This document shows, piece by piece, positions 57,041-64,000 of a DNA stretch of 64,000 nt. A model generated the notes under the pieces. It was not told the origin of the DNA. It ran no database searches and saw only the letters and a program-made list of their open reading frames with translations. Position numbers and translations under genes: made by a program. This DNA is from an uncultured Ignavibacteriaceae bacterium (GTDB taxonomy: Bacteria; Bacteroidota; Ignavibacteria; UBA10030; BY39), in the NCBI GenBank assembly GCA_964581995.1, contig CAZOQB010000003.1, forward strand, positions 41,989 through 105,988. Direction: 5' to 3'. The stretch's first letter is position 1. Each line of letters opens with the position of its first letter.

Positions 57041-57960
57041 TTAACATTTTGTTGAGTCATCAGCGAGATGAATACATTCTCAAGTCGTGGCGAGATATTG
57101 CGCCACTCGCTGATTGTTATCTTTGCGTTTTGAAGCGCCTGGGCGATTATCGGAAAATCGTTTTGACTGTTTTCAACAACTACATTTAACCGGTCGCCGA
57201 ATGCCTGAACGTCTAAAACTGAATTGTGTACTTTTAGTATATCAGAGGCAAGGCGAACCTTATCGGTAACAATTTCTATCAACTGTCCCTTCATTAAAGA
57301 TTTTACGTTCTGAGGTGTGTCAACAACGAGCAAGCTTCCTTGATTCACTAATGCTACTCTGCCGCATCGCTCAGCTTCATCCAAATAAGGTGTGCTCATT
57401 ACAATTGTAATGTTGGACTCCAGAAGACTTGAAAGAATCTTCCAGAAATCTCTCCGAGATACTGGATCGACACCGGTTGTGGGTTCGTCTAAGAATATAA
57501 TTTTTGGCTTGTGGATAAGTGTGCAGGCGAGAGCTAATTTTTGTTTCATACCGCCCGAAAGCTGGTCGGCTAAACGGTCCCGGAATTTTGTAAGCCGTGT
57601 GAACTCGAGTAATTCTTCACGTCGCTCTTTGTAACCGTACACTTCATTAATCTCTGCAAAGAACTCGATGTTTTCATCTATCGTTAAATCGCCGTACAAA
57701 CTGAATTTCTGTGAGAGGTAACCGATTTCTTTTTTAATTTCATTCGTTTCCTTCAACAGGTCGAATCCAAGTAGATTAGCAGTTCCTGATGTTGGAAGTA
57801 ATATACCGGTTAACATTCTAAAGAGTGTAGTTTTACCTGAACCGTCAGGACCAACCAAACCAAACATTTCGCCTTGCTTGATTGTTAGCTCAAGATTATC
57901 GACAGCAGTGATTTTATCGAATGTTTTCGTCAATCCTAATATTTCAATTGCATTAGTCAT
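57037..57960 (-). CDS. ABC transporter ATP-binding protein
   Basis: Walker A GPDGSGKTT, signature LSGGMKQKLALA, Walker B FLDEPTTGVD. Confidence 0.9.
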   Translation of the reverse strand: MTNAIEILGLTKTFDKITAVDNLELTIKQGEMFGLVGPDGSGKTTLFRMLTGILLPTSGTANLLGFDLLKETNEIKKEIGYLSQKFSLYGDLTIDENIEFFAEINEVYGYKERREELLEFTRLTKFRDRLADQLSGGMKQKLALACTLIHKPKIIFLDEPTTGVDPVSRRDFWKILSSLLESNITIVMSTPYLDEAERCGRVALVNQGSLLVVDTPQNVKSLMKGQLIEIVTDKVRLASDILKVHNSVLDVQAFGDRLNVVVENSQNDFPIIAQALQNAKITISEWRNISPRLENVFISLMTQQNVK

Positions 57961-57964
57961 TGCA

Positions 57965-58882
57965 TTACGATCCGATCTCTATAACTGCATCGGCGGGCAT
58001 ACCCGGTTTTAATGTAAAGTCAGGGTTCGACGCTTCTATTTTAACGCCAAAAACTAACTTCGTGCGGTCATCTTTTGTTTGTATGTTCTTTGGCGTAAAT
58101 TCGGCAACGTCGGAAATGTATGTTATTTTTCCGATGAAAGGTTTGTCGGGATAAGCATCGATGAAAATCTTTGCATCTTGACCTAATTTAATTTTCGCCA
58201 ATTCAATTTCTGTAACGTAGATTGTAAGATGAACTTTATCAAGGCGTGAGATTCGGAATAACGCACCGTTCGGTACTACATTATCGCCTTCTTCGATTGC
58301 TTTTTGTGTAATAACTCCCTGGATTGGGGCAACTACAACAGCATCGTTCAACTTCTTTTGAATCGCTTCGGTCTGAGCTGCCGCCTGATTGAATCGGGCA
58401 CGCGCGCCTGCAATTTCTTCCGAACGTGAACCGCGCTTCATCTTTTCATAATTTTGTTCTGCCGTTATAAATTTAAGCTCCGCATCGTCGCGCATTTTTT
58501 GTGTGACAGTTTTTTCTTTGTACAATTCTTCTGCCCGGTCAAAATCGGTTTTTGCATTTTTATAATTCGCTTCGGCTTGCAGCATATCTTCAATGCGAGG
58601 ACCTTTTAAAGTAAGGTTGTATTGCGCTTCTGCGGCAGATGCATTCGATAATGCCTGTTTGTATTGTATCTCGAGATCCGTTCTATCGATGTTGAGCAAA
58701 GTATCGCCTTTATTTACTTTTGCACCCTCGTTCACGAGAAGTTTAGTAATTTCGCCGCCAACCTTGGCTGCTACAGTAACCTCAGTCGTTTCGATGGTGC
58801 CTGAAGCTGTAATTGTATTTTGGTTATCGTTTGAACAACCAAACAAAAAAAGCGTGAGTAGAAGAGCCATAAAATATTTCAT
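57965..58882 (-). CDS. HlyD-family membrane-fusion protein
   Basis: Lipoprotein signal (LFGCS). Biotinyl-like hairpin plus coiled coil. 305 aa. Confidence 0.8.
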   Translation of the reverse strand: MKYFMALLLTLFLFGCSNDNQNTITASGTIETTEVTVAAKVGGEITKLLVNEGAKVNKGDTLLNIDRTDLEIQYKQALSNASAAEAQYNLTLKGPRIEDMLQAEANYKNAKTDFDRAEELYKEKTVTQKMRDDAELKFITAEQNYEKMKRGSRSEEIAGARARFNQAAAQTEAIQKKLNDAVVVAPIQGVITQKAIEEGDNVVPNGALFRISRLDKVHLTIYVTEIELAKIKLGQDAKIFIDAYPDKPFIGKITYISDVAEFTPKNIQTKDDRTKLVFGVKIEASNPDFTLKPGMPADAVIEIGS

Positions 58883-58898
58883 ATTGTTATCCTTATTA

Positions 58899-59522
58899 TT
58901 AATTTGAAGTGATTAAATTTTTATTATTCCAACGTCCCCATTCGTGGACAGTCAAAAGTCCATCGACCAGGATGTGAGTTATGTTGTTGATTGCCTCATC
59001 ACGAGAAAATGAATTTGCCGAAATTTCTTTAGAGCGGAGGAAACTCTCCATAGTACCAAAATACGCGATGATCAGAACCTCTTTGCGCAGATCGTCCCTT
59101 ACTATTCCAAGCCGTATTCCGTCTTCTAAGAACTCAGTAATGCTCATAAAGAGCGTTTGTCTGCGGACATCTTCCAACATGTGCCATAAATCTGGTCGAT
59201 ATTTTCGCATGTCTTCGAGAAACAGTATACCTATATTCGTGAGTGTCTTGCCCATCATGGATAAAAGGTGGAATAGTTTTATTGCGTATTCCTCAGTTGA
59301 ATCCATTATTTCTTTGTATCGATGCAATGCAGCAAGCATCTGATCTTCGAGAATCCGCTCAACCAATGTATCTTTTGATAAATAATATTTATGGATAGTC
59401 TTCTTATCGATACCAATCTGGTTACCAATCTCTTCCATTCTCACACTGTTGAATCCGTACTGGAAAAATTTTTCTCTTGCAGCTTCAAGTATCTGATGTT
59501 CTATTTTTTTCTCTTCTAACAT
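58899..59522 (-). CDS. TetR/AcrR-family transcriptional regulator
   Basis: N-terminal HTH (EIGNQIGIDKKTIHKYY). First gene of the efflux operon. Confidence 0.8.
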   Translation of the reverse strand: MLEEKKIEHQILEAAREKFFQYGFNSVRMEEIGNQIGIDKKTIHKYYLSKDTLVERILEDQMLAALHRYKEIMDSTEEYAIKLFHLLSMMGKTLTNIGILFLEDMRKYRPDLWHMLEDVRRQTLFMSITEFLEDGIRLGIVRDDLRKEVLIIAYFGTMESFLRSKEISANSFSRDEAINNITHILVDGLLTVHEWGRWNNKNLITSN

Positions 59523-60014
59523 AAAGGTGATGTAATATTTTTATTTGACGACTGAATGATTACGACGTTTCTTTTCTTGATTACGAGATGAAATCTCGAC
59601 CCAAGTGTAAGTCAGTATTAAGATACCGGCGAGCAGAGATACCGTTGTTATTATTAATGTGTGCCACATGATTTTTTCTTTAATTATTTTTTTAAACTTG
59701 ATTGTCTTTAACCCAAGATTCGTGCCATGTACGAACCTTTGAATATCACTTAGAAATGAGCATTTAGATAAGCAAGTGCGAAGGATTAGTTCGCAGCGGA
59801 AATATTGAATGAGGGCTAACTTGTTAGATATAAGAAGTTGCAGGTGCGGAGTAGAGATACGCAGTTGGGAGGAAAGTATCAAGAGATGGTGATCAAATCG
59901 AAACATTTTTAACAATTAGGCACGAAGGAGACTGAGAGCTACTAATTATTATTACTGATGTTACGCAATGGTACCAAGATACACACTAAAAGGAGGTTGT
60001 CTAAAAAGTAAATA

Positions 60015-60115
60015 ATTCTTAGTGTATCTTAGTGAACTCGGTGACTTAGTGGTAAGAATCCTTTGATTATGATTCAAAAATAAAAGCATCAACACTAAGA
60101 CACTAAGAACACTTA
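60015..60115. repeat. Inverted array of CTTAGTG heptamers
   Basis: Three direct CTTAGTG copies (60019-60060) face three CACTAAG/CACTTAG copies (60088-60115), giving a ~30-bp imperfect inverted repeat with a ~30-nt spacer. Confidence 0.5.
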
Positions 60116-60223
60116 GGCACACAAAGATTTTTAGGACAGCCCCTTATTCGAATTCAGAAAAAAGCATGAATAAAGGATGTGCGAAACATGAGTTATTATC
60201 TATGTAGATTCACTCGAATAAAA

Positions 60224-61627
60224 TCAAGTCTCGTTTTCTTTCGATTTCAGTCCGTGCTCTTTCATCATATTTTGGAGTTGCCGGCGATCCATATCGAGAG
60301 ATTTTGCAGTTTGGGAAACATTCCAGCTATTATTCCGAAGCGCCTCGAGTATAAAAATATTTTCGAACTCATGGAGATGCTTTTCTTTCAGCTTCTTCTT
60401 CATCGTAAGATATTCTTGATACGATGATGGAATCGTTTCATCTATTTCATCGCGTGTAAGGTGAATGTCGGTGGGCAGATCATCGATTGTGATATATTCT
60501 CCCACTGTTGCAACCATCGATCTCACCACTGCATTTTCCAATTCACGAACATTGCCGCGCCATTGATATGCTTTTAAATAGATAAGTGCGGTCGGCTCGA
60601 ATCCTTTAATCTCTTTGCCAACGTTTTGCTTATGCTTCATTAAGAAATGTTGAGCGAGAAGCGGAATATCCTCCGCGCGTTCACGAAGCGGTGGAAGAGC
60701 AATATTGACAACGTTGAGCCGATAATATAAATCGCTGCGGAATCGCCCGGCTTCAACTTCAACCTTCAATTTACGATTCGTTGCCGCTACAATGCGGAGG
60801 TCTAACGAAATTTTCTCATTACCCCCCACACGCACAATCGACTGCTCTTCAATAGCGCGAAGAAGTTTTACCTGTAGTTCGATAGGTAACTCACCGATTT
60901 CATCAAGGAACAACGTTCCGCCGCTTGCCTGTTCAAATTTGCCGATACGCCTGCTGGTTGCGCCGGTAAATGCGCCTTTCTCGCTGCCGAAAAATTCGCT
61001 CTCCAATAACTCTCTTGGAATCGCGCCGCAATTTATTGCAACGAATGTTTTAGCCGCGCGTTGACTTGAAGAATGTATCGCCCGTGCGATTAATTCTTTT
61101 CCTGTTCCGGTTTCACCTTCAATAAGCACAGTGAAATTTGTTGAAGCAATTTGTTGAACCGTTTTTAAAACATCTTGCATCTTCGGACTTGCTGTTACGA
61201 TGTTGCTGAGATTTCCTAAAGAACGCAATTGGTTGCGCAGTTCTTCGTTCTCTTTAATCAACTTCACATGATTCATGGCGCGAGTAAGCACCAGATCAAG
61301 CTGATCAAGATCAATCGGTTTCGTCAAATAATCAAACGCTCCTTCCTTCATCATCGCAACCGCATTCTCGATTGTGCCGAACGCGGTCATAATAATAACC
61401 GGAATACTCCGCTCCATCTTTTTCACTTCTTTCATAACAGTATGTCCATCTACTTCCGGCATTTTCAGATCTGTGAGTACGACATCGATAGATTCACTTT
61501 GCAATATCGACAACGCTTCGCGACCGTCTTTTGCAAGAATAACATTATGGGCAGATTGAAGATTGATTTCTAAAACTTGTCTTGTCTTTTCTTCGTCATC
61601 AATTATTAAGAGATTGAGTTTGTTCAT
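60224..61627 (-). CDS. Sigma-54-dependent response regulator (NtrC family)
   Basis: Receiver domain (LLIIDDE..D). AAA+ sigma-54 activator domain with GAFTGA-like loop (GSEKGAFTGA) and ESELFGHEKGAFTGA-type motifs. C-terminal Fis-type HTH. Confidence 0.9.
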   Translation of the reverse strand: MNKLNLLIIDDEEKTRQVLEINLQSAHNVILAKDGREALSILQSESIDVVLTDLKMPEVDGHTVMKEVKKMERSIPVIIMTAFGTIENAVAMMKEGAFDYLTKPIDLDQLDLVLTRAMNHVKLIKENEELRNQLRSLGNLSNIVTASPKMQDVLKTVQQIASTNFTVLIEGETGTGKELIARAIHSSSQRAAKTFVAINCGAIPRELLESEFFGSEKGAFTGATSRRIGKFEQASGGTLFLDEIGELPIELQVKLLRAIEEQSIVRVGGNEKISLDLRIVAATNRKLKVEVEAGRFRSDLYYRLNVVNIALPPLRERAEDIPLLAQHFLMKHKQNVGKEIKGFEPTALIYLKAYQWRGNVRELENAVVRSMVATVGEYITIDDLPTDIHLTRDEIDETIPSSYQEYLTMKKKLKEKHLHEFENIFILEALRNNSWNVSQTAKSLDMDRRQLQNMMKEHGLKSKENET

Positions 61628-63711
61628 ACTTGCGATCCATCTATTGGAAGTTTTATACAAAATGTTGTACTGTTTTCGTTTGAAGTGAAAGATATTTCAC
61701 CGTTAATACTCTGTACCATCGAATGAACGATAGACAAACCTAAACCGGTGCCGGTTGATTTAGTCGTGAAAAAAGGATCAAAGATTTTCGACTGATTATC
61801 CATTGGAATGCCTGTGCCGGTATCTGAAACTGTGATGGTAACAGAATTATCTTCACTCATCGCTTTAAAACTTAATTCGCCGCCTTTTGACATTGCCTCG
61901 ATAGCATTCGTGCCTAAGTTTGCCAGCACCCGTTCGAGATGTTGTACCGATGTTATCAACTCCGGAATTTCTCCACTAAATTCTTTTTTGATTTTAACGT
62001 TGTTGCCCGAAGCGTTGATATTTATTGCCTGAATGGTTTTATCTATAAGCTGTTCAAGATTAGCTTTTTCCCAAACAGGTTTATGTGGTTTAGCATATTG
62101 TAAAAAAGTGTCGACATTTTTATTCAGCCGTTTGCTCTCTTCAACAATGAAGTTGCTCATCTTCTGAAGAAGATGTTCATCTTTGGGATTGCGTTGAATA
62201 GTTTGTGCCGACATTGAAATAATGCCGAGTGGATTCCGTAAATCGTGTGCGATACCAGCAGTTAGCCGACCGAGCGATGCAAGCCGTTCCAATTGAGCTG
62301 CTTTAATTTGCTCGTCCCGTATTTTTTCTAACAGCACATTTCGTTCTAATGTTATAGATATTTCATTTGCAAAGATAGTAAAAAATTCAACTTCATCAAT
62401 GGAATATGGTTTTCGCGTCGTCATCGGACCAATGAGCAGAAGTCCTGATATTGATTTTTTTGAATAGAGTCCTATAACGTATCCACCACGATAGTTTTTT
62501 AGAATTGTTTGTTCATCAGTCGTACAGGATTCCATAATTTCTTCAACTTCGCACGGTTTAAATTCTTTGCTGATTATTGTTGAAAGACATCCATCCATTG
62601 GTAATGTAATAGCTGAATTTGAAACGCTCCGGAACAAATATTCTGAATCATCCTTCAAGAAAACATCCGATATAGAAACAAAAATTGTTTCCCTAAGAAA
62701 TCGAACTACCGCTTCCGTCAATTCTCTCGCGTTCGTGTAATAAACCGCTTCGCGCGTGAAGCGTATGAAGTTACGGCGGTAACGGAATATATCTTGATAA
62801 AAAAGATGCTCGACCAGAGTTTGTACACGGGCAACTACTGGTCTGAAGATGAATGCTAAAAACACAATTAAAACAGCTTCAATCCAGAGTGACTCTATCG
62901 CAAACCTTGCTTCTACTAACGAGGCAATATTTTTAATTACAAAAATATAAAAACCGAACAATGTGCCTGTTACAATTGCATATGTCAATCCTTGTTTTCC
63001 GCGTTTACGAAAAATAAGAATTTTCCCGCTTAGCACAACATAAGATAAAAATGTGCTGATGAGTAAATAGGTGATTCGTGAGACAGAGATGTGTAGCTGT
63101 TCATACTCTTTTAACAAATCTAGTATAATAACTAAGACGCTAAAACCCAACATCGCTAAAAGGAAATAGACGATTTGTGAACGCACTTTCTTAGAGCGGG
63201 ATTGCTTTAGTTGCAGGATGAGATTCCGTATTCCCCATCCTAAATATAAAAAGAGAACGATGTAGATAATAACATTCAACTCATCGGTAAAAATATCCAC
63301 GACGTATATATAAATATTCTTTTCCAGAATTTTACGCAGTTCGAATGGGCGCGCGATTTGAAGACCGGCTATAATCGTAAATACAAAGGGGAGAACAAAA
63401 AAGAGCGGCCGGATAGATATCCGGTCTAATTTTGATTTAATACTTGTAGGGAACGAAAAAGAAAGTATGAGAAAAAAAGCTGAGGCGAATAACATCGCCG
63501 CTACGATAACAGCACCTCCGAGCGAAGCAAGCTCAACCGTGGAGCTGTTCACGACTATGACATCGGCAATATTCCACAAAGCAAAGCAAAAAACGAGGAG
63601 AGCAAACAACCGATTGGAGTGACCTTTCGGGTTGTCGAGAATAATTATAACAGCAAGCGATAAGTTTATCGCTAATGCAATGATTGCCGGAAGTGAATAA
63701 AAAGAAACCAT
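61624..63711 (-). CDS. Sensor histidine kinase with a multi-TM N-terminal sensor domain
   Basis: About ten TM helices, then HisKA (H-box IAHDLRNPL) and HATPase_c (GTGLGLSIV). Confidence 0.85.
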   Translation of the reverse strand: MVSFYSLPAIIALAINLSLAVIIILDNPKGHSNRLFALLVFCFALWNIADVIVVNSSTVELASLGGAVIVAAMLFASAFFLILSFSFPTSIKSKLDRISIRPLFFVLPFVFTIIAGLQIARPFELRKILEKNIYIYVVDIFTDELNVIIYIVLFLYLGWGIRNLILQLKQSRSKKVRSQIVYFLLAMLGFSVLVIILDLLKEYEQLHISVSRITYLLISTFLSYVVLSGKILIFRKRGKQGLTYAIVTGTLFGFYIFVIKNIASLVEARFAIESLWIEAVLIVFLAFIFRPVVARVQTLVEHLFYQDIFRYRRNFIRFTREAVYYTNARELTEAVVRFLRETIFVSISDVFLKDDSEYLFRSVSNSAITLPMDGCLSTIISKEFKPCEVEEIMESCTTDEQTILKNYRGGYVIGLYSKKSISGLLLIGPMTTRKPYSIDEVEFFTIFANEISITLERNVLLEKIRDEQIKAAQLERLASLGRLTAGIAHDLRNPLGIISMSAQTIQRNPKDEHLLQKMSNFIVEESKRLNKNVDTFLQYAKPHKPVWEKANLEQLIDKTIQAININASGNNVKIKKEFSGEIPELITSVQHLERVLANLGTNAIEAMSKGGELSFKAMSEDNSVTITVSDTGTGIPMDNQSKIFDPFFTTKSTGTGLGLSIVHSMVQSINGEISFTSNENSTTFCIKLPIDGSQV

Positions 63712-63717
63712 ATGATT

Positions 63718-64000
63718 TTATTGTTTCACCGAATACTTTTTTAAACCCAACTTATCTAATTTATATCGCAAGTTCCTCTCGGAAATTCCCAACAACAAAG
63801 CTGCTTTCGACTGGTTGCCATCTGTTTTTTGGAGAGTTTCGAAGATTAATTCTTTCTCCAATTCCTCAACTCGCTCCCCTAAATTTATAGAGTGAGTAGA
63901 TTTGGGCGATAACAGCTCGCTCGGTAAATTGCGCAAGTTTATAGGCAATTCATTTGAAGTAATAAGATCTCCACGCACAAGCACAACTGCGCGTTGGACG
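63718..64000 (-). CDS. C-terminal part of a sigma-54-dependent activator / Fis-type HTH protein (partial; continues past the window end)
   Basis: Ends ..KAALLLGISERNLRYKLDKLGL, a typical Fis-family HTH. No start codon inside the window. Confidence 0.6.
   Translation of the reverse strand, partial: VQRAVVLVRGDLITSNELPINLRNLPSELLSPKSTHSINLGERVEELEKELIFETLQKTDGNQSKAALLLGISERNLRYKLDKLGLKKYSVKQ

Noticed and set aside
59541-59915. 124-aa ORF (-) upstream of the TetR gene
   Set aside because: Low-complexity, leucine/isoleucine-rich translation covering the probable promoter region of the efflux operon. At most a ~40-aa hydrophobic micro-ORF (MWHTLIITTVSLLAGILILTYTWVEISS..) could be real. Evidence is insufficient.
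1-64000. Search for tRNA, rRNA, CRISPR, transposase or integrase genes
   Set aside because: No cloverleaf-compatible 70-90-nt GC-rich segments, no rRNA-like conserved blocks, no regular repeat-spacer arrays. None of the ORF translations shows DDE, tyrosine or serine recombinase signatures.

Overview
This 64-kb window is low-GC chromosomal DNA (roughly 35-40% GC overall, with local high-GC blocks). Many gene families point to the FCB group (Ignavibacteria/Chlorobi/Bacteroidetes-like): LolA-like lipoprotein-sorting proteins next to ABC-2/FtsX transporters, a GxxExxY gene, a TonB-dependent receptor, and sigma-54 regulators. I found no rRNA, tRNA, CRISPR array, transposase or integrase.

Core content:
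- An oxidative-stress and ion-homeostasis block: beta-carbonic anhydrase, catalase, P-type ATPase, CDF transporter, and a Kef-type CPA2 antiporter.
- Two ABC/LolA-like export modules.
- A TonB-receptor/ABC/LolA-like operon behind a sigma-54-like promoter.
- An Rrf2 (IscR/NsrR-like) regulator next to an atypical heme-copper oxidase pair that lacks CuA cysteines. This is a putative NO reductase.
- A LivK/H/M/G/F-type amino-acid ABC transporter.
- A large TetR/HlyD/ABC/TolC efflux operon.
- A sigma-54 two-component system.

Accessory content, which is where the interesting material sits:
- A DUF1016/YhcG PD-(D/E)xK nuclease gene dropped between kef and a TrmH-like methyltransferase, flanked by a near-perfect direct repeat of about 0.6 kb.
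- A HepT/MntA toxin-antitoxin pair next to a very AT-rich, translationally coupled two-gene cassette of unknown function.
- An AT-rich island of about 11 kb (34.6-45.4 kb) inserted into the liv operon. It carries an ImmA/IrrE-peptidase + DUF4411 pair, a phage Gp37/Gp68 (DUF5131) gene, and an MNT(wHTH)-HEPN pair.
- Within that island, an orphan four-gene cluster: a SPASM radical SAM enzyme, a B12-binding radical SAM enzyme with a CX8CX2C motif, and two large unknown proteins. This is the best candidate for an undescribed system.

Recurring structural themes:
- Insertions are flanked by duplicated pieces of the neighbouring host genes (CDF 5' fragment, kef-3'/trmH-5', livH 5').
- An ~85-bp terminator-associated repeat occurs twice.
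- A small membrane-protein gene has two paralog remnants.
- A divergent pair of TGGCACG-N4-TTGAGCC promoters is present.
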